A program made the translations under genes and the position numbers. Shown one piece after another: positions 45,925-54,907 of a stretch of 64,000 bases of DNA. Origin of the DNA: Candidatus Multivorans sp. (GTDB lineage: Bacteria; Acidobacteriota; Thermoanaerobaculia; Multivoradales; Multivoraceae); contig OZ242353.1 of assembly GCA_965208755.1 (NCBI GenBank), forward strand, positions 3,138,671-3,202,670, written 5' to 3'. The notes under the pieces were generated by a model, which did not search any database, was not told the origin of the DNA, and saw only the letters and a program-made list of their open reading frames with translations. Each line of letters opens with the position of its first letter. The stretch's first letter is position 1.

Positions 45925-47001
45925 TTACTGCCGGGCGACCTCCTCGATCGCCGCCATTCCGCCGACTCTTCCGGCGCTGTCGAGGTAGACCTGCCGCACC
46001 CTGTCCTCGAACAGCGGGCGGTCGATCTCGTTGAACTGGATCCCCAGTTTCTCGAGCTCGACCAGGGCCGCCGCGGTCATCGAGGCCATCGCCTCCCGTT
46101 CGACCTGGACCGACGCCCTGCCGGCGTCGAGCACCGCCTCCTGGATTTCCGGCGGCAGCTCGTCGTAGAGCTTGCGGCTGAAGATCAGCGCCACGGCGAG
46201 GTAGAGGTGCCGTGTGTAGGACACGTACTTCGTGACCTCGTAGAAGCGCTCCCCGTAGAGATCGACGTGGTCCGTCTCCGCGCCGTCGACGACTCCCTGT
46301 TCCAGCGCCGAGTAGAGCTCGCCGAACGACATCGGCGTCGCCTGCGCGCCGAGGGCGTTGAAGGTGTCGACCAGGATCGGGGTCGGGATGACCCGGATCT
46401 TGAGGCCCTCGAAGTCGTCGGGGGTGACGATCGGCCGTTCCGCGTTCCAGGCGTTGCGCCGGCCGGCGAACCAGTAACCGAGCACGAGGACGTCGAGTTC
46501 CTCTTCGATCCGGTCGGCGACGCGCTCGCCGATCGGTCCGTCGACCACCCGGTAGAAGTGGTCCAGGTCCCGGAAGATGAAGGGGAAGTTGAAGATCTCG
46601 GCCTCCGGGACGAAGGCGGAGATGCCACCGCCGGCGCTCGCGGCCGAGGAGGCCAGTGCGCCCAGCTTGACCATCAGGGTCGCCTCCTCTTCGGTGCCGA
46701 GTTGCTCGTTCTCGAAGATCTGGACCGTCACGGCGCCGCCGGACCGTTCCTCGAGAACGCGGCTGAACTCTTCGAAGCCGGCCTGGAACGGGTGTCCGGC
46801 CGGGCCGTTGTGGGCGACCTTGAGCACGGTGACGCCGTCGCTGCCGCGGCAGCCGGCGAGCAGGGCGAGGGCGCAGAGCGCGAACGCGGCGGCGCCGCCA
46901 GAGTGGAGCCGGCCTGACGGCCGGCGCGTTCTCCTGGCCGCCTTCGGCGGCAGCGGGTCAGAAGACCCGCGCACCGGCAGGCGGCGGCGAGGGCTACTCA
47001 T
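45925..47001 (-). CDS. dctP: TRAP transporter substrate-binding protein (DctP family)
   Basis: Has DctP-like sequence (LGTEEEATLMVKLGAL..., FNFPFIFRDLDHFY) and a lipobox LLAGC. The only in-frame start, ATG at 47001, puts REP copy B inside the N-terminal coding region. Confidence 0.8.
   Translation of the reverse strand: MSSPRRRLPVRGSSDPLPPKAARRTRRPSGRLHSGGAAAFALCALALLAGCRGSDGVTVLKVAHNGPAGHPFQAGFEEFSRVLEERSGGAVTVQIFENEQLGTEEEATLMVKLGALASSAASAGGGISAFVPEAEIFNFPFIFRDLDHFYRVVDGPIGERVADRIEEELDVLVLGYWFAGRRNAWNAERPIVTPDDFEGLKIRVIPTPILVDTFNALGAQATPMSFGELYSALEQGVVDGAETDHVDLYGERFYEVTKYVSYTRHLYLAVALIFSRKLYDELPPEIQEAVLDAGRASVQVEREAMASMTAAALVELEKLGIQFNEIDRPLFEDRVRQVYLDSAGRVGGMAAIEEVARQ
46936..46975 (+). 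repeat. REP-like element, copy B
   Basis: GGCCGCCTTCGGCGGCAGCGGGTCAGAAGACCCGCGCACC. It is preceded at 46905-46928 by GGAGCCGGCCTGACGGCCGGCGCG, which recurs identically in inverted orientation in copy D. Confidence 0.8.
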
Positions 47002-48274
47002 AGCCGAGCGCCTCCGGCAGCCAGAGCGTGACGCCGGGTACGAAGGTGATCACCAGCAGCATGATGAGCAGCAGCGCGAGGAAGGGCAGCAGCTTCGGTG
47101 TCACTTTCTCGATCGGCGTCTTCGAGATGCCGCAGGCGACGTACAGGCAGATGCCGACCGGCGGCGAGATCATGCCGATGCCGACGTTGGCCGCGACCAG
47201 GATGCCGAAGTGGAGCGGGTCCATGCCGAGTGCGAGCGCCGCCGGCAGGAGGATGGGCATCAGGATGATGATCGGCGGCAGGGCGTCCATCACCATGCCG
47301 AGGAAGAGGAAGATCAGGTGGACGAAGAGGATGAAGACGATCCAGTTGGGCGCGTGGGTCGAGATCCCCTCGGCCAGCAGATGCGGCAGCCGCTCGAACG
47401 TGAGAACGAAGGAGAACATGGACGCCGTCCCGAGGACGAACAGGACGACGCCGGAGAGCGAGGCGGTCTGCAACAGGACCTTCGGGATGTCCTCGAGCTT
47501 CAGCTCGCGGTAGACGAAGAAGGACACGAGGGCGCCGTAGACCACGGCGACCGCGGAGGCCTCGGTGGGCGTGAAGACGCCGCCGTAGATGCCGCCGAGG
47601 ATGATCACGATCATGAACAGCGGCAGGATGCCGTTGCGGATCACGCGGAGGCGCTGCGGCCACGACGCCTTTGCCTCGAGCGGCAGGTTGAGGTCGAGGG
47701 CCTTGATGTAGGTCATTCCCATCAGAGCCAGACCCAGCACGATCGCCGGCGTGATGCCGGCCGCGAACAGGGCGCCGATCGACATCCCCGAGACGACGCC
47801 GATGATGATCAGGTCGATCGCTGGCGGCACAAGGGTCGAGACGCCGCCGGCCGAGGCGAAGACGGCGGTTGCGAAAGCCGGTGGGTACTGCCGCTGGCGC
47901 ATGGCGGGCAGGGCGACGGAGCCGATGGCGGCCGTGTTCGCGCTCGGTGAGCCGGAGATGCCGGAGAACAGCATCGTCGACAGGATGACGACCAGGCCGA
48001 GGCCTCCGGGCAGGCGGCCGACGAACTGCATCGCCAGGTCGACGATCCGGCGCGCCATGCCGCCGTGCGAGATGAGCGCTCCGGCGAGCACGAACAGCGG
48101 CACCGCCAGCAACGGGAAGGAATCCAGGCCGGCGAGGAACTTCTGCGGCAGGACGATCAGGAACTCGGGCGAGCTGTAGAGCAGGCCGACCATGGCCGCG
48201 AGGGCGAGCGCGATGGCGACCGGCACGCCGAGCAGCAGCGCCGCCACCAGGGTCAGGATGACCAGGAGTCCCAT
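46994..48274 (-). CDS. dctM: TRAP transporter large permease
   Basis: 426-aa polytopic membrane protein with a typical DctM N terminus (MGLLVILTLVAALLLGVPVAIALA). Confidence 0.9.
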   Translation of the reverse strand: MGLLVILTLVAALLLGVPVAIALALAAMVGLLYSSPEFLIVLPQKFLAGLDSFPLLAVPLFVLAGALISHGGMARRIVDLAMQFVGRLPGGLGLVVILSTMLFSGISGSPSANTAAIGSVALPAMRQRQYPPAFATAVFASAGGVSTLVPPAIDLIIIGVVSGMSIGALFAAGITPAIVLGLALMGMTYIKALDLNLPLEAKASWPQRLRVIRNGILPLFMIVIILGGIYGGVFTPTEASAVAVVYGALVSFFVYRELKLEDIPKVLLQTASLSGVVLFVLGTASMFSFVLTFERLPHLLAEGISTHAPNWIVFILFVHLIFLFLGMVMDALPPIIILMPILLPAALALGMDPLHFGILVAANVGIGMISPPVGICLYVACGISKTPIEKVTPKLLPFLALLLIMLLVITFVPGVTLWLPEALGYE

Positions 48275-48286
48275 CGTCCCGGCGTC

Positions 48287-48754
48287 CTACTCCTGTCCCT
48301 GTTCCCGGAGTTCCCGGCGCCAGTTCACGAGCACGTAGTAGAGGGTCAGCGTGCTGCCCACGAAGGCCGAGGAGTACGGGACCGCCATCGACATGCGGGT
48401 CGCCGGCGCCAGCATGTCGTGCACCTCGATCGCGAAACGGAGCGACTGGTAGGCGAAGACCGCCAGGAACGCGGACGCCGCGAGCGCGACCGCGGAACCG
48501 ATCAGGCGCCGCATCGCCGGCGGCGTCCGGTCGACGACGAAGTGAAGCGCGAAGTGCGCGCCCGTCTTCATCGCGTAGGCGGTGGAGAGGGCGGCGAGCC
48601 ACATCAACAGGAAGCGGGCAAGTTCCTCCGACCAGGACAGCGACGCCTGCAGGACGTACCGGAAGACGACCTGGGAGAAGGTGACCGCGACTAGGGCGAC
48701 CAGGATCGAGGACACCGCCACCTCGAGCGGGTGGCGGATCAATGCCCGGAACAT
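48287..48754 (-). CDS. dctQ: TRAP transporter small permease
   Basis: ATG at 48754. 155 aa with four hydrophobic helices. It sits immediately upstream of dctM. Confidence 0.8.
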   Translation of the reverse strand: MFRALIRHPLEVAVSSILVALVAVTFSQVVFRYVLQASLSWSEELARFLLMWLAALSTAYAMKTGAHFALHFVVDRTPPAMRRLIGSAVALAASAFLAVFAYQSLRFAIEVHDMLAPATRMSMAVPYSSAFVGSTLTLYYVLVNWRRELREQGQE

Positions 48755-48768
48755 GGCGCCGAGGCGCT

Positions 48769-49518
48769 TCAATGCATGTACTGGCCGCCGTTGGCGTAGA
48801 AGGTGGCGCCGGTCGTGAACTCGGAGCCGATCATGCAGTCGACCATCCGGGTGATGTCCTCGAACTCGCCGAGGCGTCCCATCGGCAGGGTGGCCAGTTC
48901 CTTCGCCAGGCCGTCCTCGGTCTCCAGGTGGTAGCGGTCGATGACCTCGCGCGTCCTGACGGATCCCGGCACGAGGCAGTTGACCCGGACCCTGGGCGCC
49001 AGTTCCTGGGCCATGCACTTGGTCAGCGCGATCACGCCGCCCTTCGCGCTGCAGAAGTTCGCTCCGTTCTTGCGCCCGATCTGGCCGCAGGCGGCCCCCA
49101 GGTTGATGATCACTCCGGGCCGGTCGGGGTTGTGGAACAGGAACTCCTGGCCGCAGACGAAGTGGCCGCGGAGATGCGCGGCGACGACCGAGTCCCACAT
49201 GTCGTCCGTCAACTCCGTGAAGGGCGCGTCCCGGTTGATGCCGGCGAAGTTGATCAGGACGTCGACCTGGCCGAACCGTTCGATCACGGCGTCGAACATC
49301 GCGCGCACCTGGGCCCGGTTGGCGACGTCGGCCTGGACCTTCATCAGCCGGTCGGTGCCACCCACGCTGGCCGCGATGCGGTCGTAGGTGGCCTGGGCCT
49401 CGGGCTCGATCAGGTAGTTCATCACCACCCGGTAGCCCTTGAGCGCGAAGTGTTCGCAGACCTCGGCTCCCAGTCCGCTCGACGCGCCGGTGACCACCAT
49501 CACTCTGTCTTCGCTCAT
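48769..49518 (-). CDS. SDR-family protein lacking the canonical catalytic Ser and Tyr
   Basis: ATG at 49518. TGASSGLG and NFAG are intact. Hand alignment to E. coli FabG gives LGAACG for IGSVVG and ANFCSAK for ANYAAAK. Confidence 0.8.
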   Translation of the reverse strand: MSEDRVMVVTGASSGLGAEVCEHFALKGYRVVMNYLIEPEAQATYDRIAASVGGTDRLMKVQADVANRAQVRAMFDAVIERFGQVDVLINFAGINRDAPFTELTDDMWDSVVAAHLRGHFVCGQEFLFHNPDRPGVIINLGAACGQIGRKNGANFCSAKGGVIALTKCMAQELAPRVRVNCLVPGSVRTREVIDRYHLETEDGLAKELATLPMGRLGEFEDITRMVDCMIGSEFTTGATFYANGGQYMH

Positions 49519-49541
49519 CGACTCACTCCTCTCGCTCTTCG

Positions 49542-50606
49542 CTAGTGCCCGCCCCAGATGTCGCCGACGGTGAATCCGTTCGGGAAGGGATCCTCCGGGT
49601 CGACGACGTACTGGGCAAAGCCCGTAATCCACGCGGTCCCCGCCAGGGCCGGCACCGCGGCGTCGACGTCGCCCACCTTCGTCTCCCGCACCATGCGGCC
49701 GGTGAACGTGGTGCCGAGGACCCCCTCGTGCACGAAGTCCTGGCCGAGCGGCAGTTCGCCCTTGGCCCACATCGCCGCCATCTTGGCGCAGGTGCCGGTG
49801 CCGCAGGGCGAGCGGTCGAGGGCGCCGGTCCAGGTCAGCGGCTTTTTCCAGTCGAGCTTGCCGGTCGAGACGATCACCGTGTTGCGCCGGTGGGAGCCGG
49901 GGTTCAGCGGCGGCGCAGAGAGCTGGCCGATCGTCACGCCGCGGATCTCGGGGTTGAGCGGATGGACCGGGGGCGGAAGCTGCTCCTGGCAGGCGACCTT
50001 GATCATCTCGCCGACACGGGTCGCTTCGGCGGCCTCTTCCGGCGCCAGCGTGAGCCCCACCTGGTCGGCGTCGGCGATGACGTAGAACATGCCGCCGTAG
50101 GCGACGTCGACGGTGACCTTGCCGAGTTCCGGCACCTCGAGCACGGCGTCGAGGTGGACGGCGAAGGCCGGCACGTTCTCGAACTCGACCCGTTTCACCT
50201 TGCCGCGCTCGACGTCTGCGCGCACCCGGATCAGGCCGGCGGGCGATTCGAGGGTGAGTTCGGTGACGGGCTCGGTGTGCGGCACCATCCCGGTCTCGAT
50301 CAGCACGGTGACCACGGCGATCGTGTTTGTGCCCGACATGCCGGGGTACTCGACCTGCTCCATGATCACGTACCCGGCCACCGCGTCCGGGTGGGTCGCC
50401 GGCAGGATCAGGTTGCAGTTCGCGGCGGGATAACCGCGCGGCTCGCGCAGCATCCGCAGGCGCAGCTCGTCGGCCTCCGTCTCCAGGTAGCGCATCTTCT
50501 CGAACATCGTCGAGCCGGGGACGTCGAGGACGCCGCCGACAATGACCCGCCCGGGCTCGCCGCCGACGTGGGTGTCGACGGCGTGGATTACGTGGGAGAC
50601 ATGCAT
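49542..50606 (-). CDS. Proline racemase superfamily enzyme (hydroxyproline epimerase/dehydratase-like)
   Basis: Has AVDTHVGGEPGRVI. The first catalytic motif is MSGTN (Ser91, codon 50334-50336) and the second is DRSPCGTG (Cys268). Confidence 0.85.
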   Translation of the reverse strand: MHVSHVIHAVDTHVGGEPGRVIVGGVLDVPGSTMFEKMRYLETEADELRLRMLREPRGYPAANCNLILPATHPDAVAGYVIMEQVEYPGMSGTNTIAVVTVLIETGMVPHTEPVTELTLESPAGLIRVRADVERGKVKRVEFENVPAFAVHLDAVLEVPELGKVTVDVAYGGMFYVIADADQVGLTLAPEEAAEATRVGEMIKVACQEQLPPPVHPLNPEIRGVTIGQLSAPPLNPGSHRRNTVIVSTGKLDWKKPLTWTGALDRSPCGTGTCAKMAAMWAKGELPLGQDFVHEGVLGTTFTGRMVRETKVGDVDAAVPALAGTAWITGFAQYVVDPEDPFPNGFTVGDIWGGH

Positions 50607-50666
50607 GCGGATTCAGCTACGGCAGAGCGAGACGATCGAAGTGAGGTGCGTTGGAGACGCGCATGC

Positions 50667-51722
50667 TCAGGCGCTCTCGCCGGGCGGCATGACCGTCATC
50701 TTCATCCAGTCCGCCGTGTTGTGGAAGTCGGCGACGACGCTGCCGGGCGGCACCAGCGCGTCGCAGGCGGCCCGCTGCTCGTCGGTCAACGTCATATCGA
50801 GCACCGGCAGCAGGTCTTCCAGGTGCCTGAGCGTGCGCGGCCCGATGAGTGGCGCGGTGATGCCGGGCTGGTCCTTCGACCAGAGGATCGCGAACTGGGC
50901 CGGCGTCAATCCGGAGTCGGCCGCGATCTCGGCGAACTTGCGGCCGACCGCGATGCCGGCTCGCGTGACGCGGTCCGCGTAGAAGCCGCCGCGCAGCGCG
51001 GCGCGGGAGTTCTCGGGGTAGTCCGAGTCGCTGAGGTAGCGGCCGGCCAGCACACCCATCGCCATCGGCGCCCAGGTGATGATGCCGAGGCCGAGGCGCT
51101 GGCACATAGGGATCAGTTCGTTCTCGATCCGGCGGTCCAGCAGGTTGTAGGGCGGCTGTTCACTGGCGAAGCGGGCGTAGCCCTTCATCTCGCTCGTCAT
51201 CACGGCTTCCGCGACCATCCAGGCCGGGTGAGTCGAGCAGCCGATGTAGCGGATCTTCCCGGCCCGCACCAGGTCGTCGAGCGCCCTCAGGGTCTCGTCG
51301 AAGGGCATCTCGGGCGAAGGGCGGTGCAGTTGATACAGGTCGATGTAGTCGGTCTGCAGCCTGCGGAGCGAGCCCTCGCAGGCGCGGATCAGGTTGATTC
51401 GGGAGTGGCCGTACTCGTTGGGGCCGATGCTGCCGGTGTAGTCCACGACGCTCTCGCCGACGACCCGGCGGCCGTGGTCGACCTTGGTCGCGATCAGCAG
51501 CTCATGGCGGCGGCCGTTCGCCTTGAGTGCCCGGCCGATGACCCGCTCGCCCTCGCCCTCGGCGTAGACCTCGCCGGTGTCGATCAGGTTGATGCCGGCG
51601 TCCATCGCCGTTTCCAGCATGCGCACGCATTCCGGCTCGGGCGTCGGATCGGCGAAGTTGTCGCTGCCGAAACAGAGGGGCGCGACCTTGACTCCGGTCC
51701 GTCCCAGGATGCGGTACTCCAT
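50667..51722 (-). CDS. Aldo/keto reductase
   Basis: N terminus MEYRILGRTGVKVAPLCFGSDNF..., with LIDTGEVYAEGEGE and YIDLYQLHRP. Confidence 0.85.
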   Translation of the reverse strand: MEYRILGRTGVKVAPLCFGSDNFADPTPEPECVRMLETAMDAGINLIDTGEVYAEGEGERVIGRALKANGRRHELLIATKVDHGRRVVGESVVDYTGSIGPNEYGHSRINLIRACEGSLRRLQTDYIDLYQLHRPSPEMPFDETLRALDDLVRAGKIRYIGCSTHPAWMVAEAVMTSEMKGYARFASEQPPYNLLDRRIENELIPMCQRLGLGIITWAPMAMGVLAGRYLSDSDYPENSRAALRGGFYADRVTRAGIAVGRKFAEIAADSGLTPAQFAILWSKDQPGITAPLIGPRTLRHLEDLLPVLDMTLTDEQRAACDALVPPGSVVADFHNTADWMKMTVMPPGESA

Positions 51723-51754
51723 CGCGTACTCCCGTTGCCCGATCGACCCGGTGG

Positions 51755-53365
51755 TTACTTGTGCCAGCGACGCCCGTTGCTGAGGCCGTCGGCGCGGGGG
51801 AAGAGTTCGTCGCGCATCGCGGCATGGTAGGCGAAGCTGGCCAGGATGACGGACGCCTGCATGAGGTCGTCGGCGATCAGGCGGTCGTAGACGTCCATGT
51901 TCGTGTGGAACGTCGCGTTGAAGAACTCGAGGTCGTCCTGGATGAACTGGTAGCCCTGCAGGCCCGCTTCGAGAAAGGCCATGTGGTCCGTGCCGCCGGT
52001 GTTGCCGGGCACGATCCAGGACATGCCGATGTCGTGGAAGGGCTCCATCCAGGCTTCGAAGATCGGCCGGGACGCGTCGTTGCCCTGCAGGTACATGCCG
52101 CGGAAGCGGCCGTACCAGTCGACGTTGAAGTAGACCGAGAGATTCGCGTGGGCGGCGGGCTTCTCGGTCGCTTCCGGGTCACCGAAGTGCTCGCGCACGT
52201 AGGCACGTGAGCCGAGCAGGCCGCTTTCCTCGGCGCCCCAGAGCGCGGCGCGGATCGTACGTCTCGGTTCGAGGCCGGCCGCCCGCAGCAGCCGCATCGC
52301 TTCGATCACGATCGCGCTGCCGGCGGCGTTGTCCGTGGCCCCGGTGCCGGCCGGCTCCGCGTCCAGGTGGCCGCCGATCATCACGACCTCGTGGGCCAGG
52401 TCGCCTCCCGGCAGGTCGGCGATCACGTTGTAGTCGAGCGGGTCGTCGTCGCTGAGGACGTTGCGGACTTCGATCTCCATCTCGACCGGTGTTCCGGCGG
52501 CCAGCAGGCGCATCATCCGGTTGTAGTGCTCGGCCGCCACGACGACGCGGGGCATCGGGACCGGTTCGTCCAGAGGCAAGGGCCCGCGGCCCGAGACGTG
52601 GACGATTCCCTTGTCCATCGGGCCGACGTTGGAGGAACCGACCTCGACCAGGACGGCGACGCCTTGCCCTTCCAGGAACGTCTCGATGTCGTGGCGCGTC
52701 AGTTCGGGCTCGGCCTCGTCGTCCGTCGACCACGTGGGGTTGTTCCGCGGGTCGATCTCGAGGCGGGCCATGCCGCTGAGTTCCTCATCGGAGAGCCGGA
52801 CCGCCTGCGGCGCGAAGTTGGGAACCAGCTCCCGCTGGGGCGAGATGAGGAGGATCGACGTCTCGACCCGCCCTTCCAGCGCGTTCAGGTCGTCCCGCGT
52901 CCGGATGGTCGTGAGGTCGACCGCGCCGACCGGTCCGGCTACCTTGCCGTCCGTGCTCCGGGTACCCGGCTGCGCGTAGCCGATGACCGGCTGGTACTGC
53001 GGCGCCGTGATGTGAACCGAAGTGTGGCGGTTCTCCCAGGCGTAGCCGTACTCGCCCCAGGGATCGAGCGTCGCCTGGAGACCGAACCCCTCCAGGGTGT
53101 CGCGAGCCCAACTGGCGGCGCCGTCGTAGGAGGGGGAGTTCGCGTACCTGGGGCCGTAGAGGTCGGTCAGGACGTGGGCGAACTCCATGACGCGGGAGCG
53201 GTTGAACCCCTCGTCGCGGAGCTCGGCGACGACGTCGAGGTCGACGGTCTCCGGGGAGGCGGCCGATCCTGCTGCACCCTCTTCGCCGGCCGGGACCCCG
53301 CACGCCACGAGCGTCGCCGCGAGAGCGACGAGGGCGGGCATCCGGTTGACACCGCGCGCGATCAC
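51755..53365 (-). CDS. M28-family aminopeptidase, lipoprotein
   Basis: Lipobox TLVACG and an M28 metal-site region (IGGHLDAEPAGTGATDNAAGSAIVIEAMR). The start could instead be the internal Met at 53341. Confidence 0.8.
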   Translation of the reverse strand: MIARGVNRMPALVALAATLVACGVPAGEEGAAGSAASPETVDLDVVAELRDEGFNRSRVMEFAHVLTDLYGPRYANSPSYDGAASWARDTLEGFGLQATLDPWGEYGYAWENRHTSVHITAPQYQPVIGYAQPGTRSTDGKVAGPVGAVDLTTIRTRDDLNALEGRVETSILLISPQRELVPNFAPQAVRLSDEELSGMARLEIDPRNNPTWSTDDEAEPELTRHDIETFLEGQGVAVLVEVGSSNVGPMDKGIVHVSGRGPLPLDEPVPMPRVVVAAEHYNRMMRLLAAGTPVEMEIEVRNVLSDDDPLDYNVIADLPGGDLAHEVVMIGGHLDAEPAGTGATDNAAGSAIVIEAMRLLRAAGLEPRRTIRAALWGAEESGLLGSRAYVREHFGDPEATEKPAAHANLSVYFNVDWYGRFRGMYLQGNDASRPIFEAWMEPFHDIGMSWIVPGNTGGTDHMAFLEAGLQGYQFIQDDLEFFNATFHTNMDVYDRLIADDLMQASVILASFAYHAAMRDELFPRADGLSNGRRWHK

Positions 53366-53448
53366 CGAGTCTTCTAACCTCCGCGGTCTACTGGTCGTTC
53401 GGCACTATACAGGCGGCGCCGGGATCACATGGCCACTACACTGCCGCC

Positions 53449-54897
53449 GTGTCAGCGATCGGCATCGCCGTTCTTCTCTTCGTCGCCCTGACGCTGTACG
53501 TAGGCGTCCGCACCTACGCGAAGATCCGCGGACGGGCGACGAACTACTACGTCGCCGGCAACGCGATGCCGGTCGGCGTCGTCGGCATCACCCTCTGCGC
53601 CCAGGCGTTCGACGCGAACGGCTCGGTGGGCAACGCGTCGCTGGTCCACTCGAACGGCTTCTGGGCCGGCGCGGTCATCCCGGTCGGGCTCGCCCTGTGC
53701 CTGTTCATCGCCGGCACCTGGTTCGCCGAACCGCTGCATCGCATGCGGCTGATGACCCTGGCCGACTTCTACCGGCGCCGGTACAGCGTCCCGACCGAGA
53801 CCCTGGCCGCGTGCCTGATGCTGCTGAGCAACGTCGTCCTGGTCGCGGGCAACCTGGCGGGCCTGGGCCTGCTGTTCGAACTCGTCTTCGGAGCGCCCTA
53901 CCTCGCCATGCTGGTCGCCGTCGCGCTCTGCATCCTCGCCTACGCGGTCTCGGGCGGTCTCTACGCAACGATCGCGACCAGCGTGCTCCAGGTCTCGATC
54001 TTCATCGTCAGCATCGCCGTTGCCTTCGTCTGGCTCGGCGGCAGCCACGGCTGGGGCACGCTGCTGAGCGCCGCCCCCGAAGGTGCGATGAGCTTTGCGG
54101 GCCTCTTCTCGCGGGAGAGCGGCGCCCTCGTCAATTGGGCGGCGCTGGGGTCGCTGGCGCTGGGCGACATCGTCGCCATCGACTTCATCCAGCGGATGAT
54201 CTCGGCCGATTCGGGCCGCTCGGCGAAGCGCGGCTGCTACCTCGCCGGCGGGCTGACCCTCGTCGTCGGCCTCACGGTCTCGCTGATCGGCCTGTCCGCC
54301 CACTACTTCGGCCGCGACGCGGGTTCCTCCCTGCTGATCGACCTCGCGCTAAACGATCTACCTCTACTGGTGGGCGGCGCCATCCTGCTCGGGATCATCG
54401 CCGCCAGCATGTCAACCGCGAGCGGCGTGGTGCTCGACCTGGCGAACGTGATCACCCGCAACCTGGTCCAGCGTCACAGCCGGTCGACCTGGGACGACGG
54501 GCGGATGCTCCGCTTCTCCCGCTGGATCGCCGTGCCGACGATGGCCGGCGCCGTTGTCTTCGCCTACGTCCGGCCCGAGCCGGGCGTCCTGCTGATCCTC
54601 GCCTTCGACATCGTCCTCGCCGGCTGCTTCGTGCCCCTTCTGCTCGGCCTGTTCTGGCGCAAGGCGAACACGACAGGCGCGCTGGCCGGTGTGATCGCCG
54701 GCAGCGCCGCGCGGCTAGCGCTTCACTTCGCCGTCACGGACGCCTGGCGCGGCCTGGACACGCTGCTGGCCCCGGTGTTCAGCCTGATCGCGATGGTCGT
54801 GGTGTCGTTGATGACCCGGAAGACGCACCCGCCCCGGCACGAGGAACTGAGGCGGGTGCCATCCGAACGCGACCTCGTGGCGGGTCTCGACGGCTGA
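53449..54897 (+). CDS. Sodium:solute symporter family transporter
   Basis: 482-aa polytopic protein with an SSF-like N terminus (TNYYVAGNAMPVGVVGITLCAQ). Confidence 0.8.
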   Translation: MSAIGIAVLLFVALTLYVGVRTYAKIRGRATNYYVAGNAMPVGVVGITLCAQAFDANGSVGNASLVHSNGFWAGAVIPVGLALCLFIAGTWFAEPLHRMRLMTLADFYRRRYSVPTETLAACLMLLSNVVLVAGNLAGLGLLFELVFGAPYLAMLVAVALCILAYAVSGGLYATIATSVLQVSIFIVSIAVAFVWLGGSHGWGTLLSAAPEGAMSFAGLFSRESGALVNWAALGSLALGDIVAIDFIQRMISADSGRSAKRGCYLAGGLTLVVGLTVSLIGLSAHYFGRDAGSSLLIDLALNDLPLLVGGAILLGIIAASMSTASGVVLDLANVITRNLVQRHSRSTWDDGRMLRFSRWIAVPTMAGAVVFAYVRPEPGVLLILAFDIVLAGCFVPLLLGLFWRKANTTGALAGVIAGSAARLALHFAVTDAWRGLDTLLAPVFSLIAMVVVSLMTRKTHPPRHEELRRVPSERDLVAGLDG

Positions 54898-54907
54898 CGG
54901 GCGGACC

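Noticed and set aside
49545-51830. 761-aa plus-strand ORF spanning the proline-racemase-like and aldo/keto reductase genes
   Set aside because: It is antisense to two well-supported minus-strand genes and has low-complexity composition.
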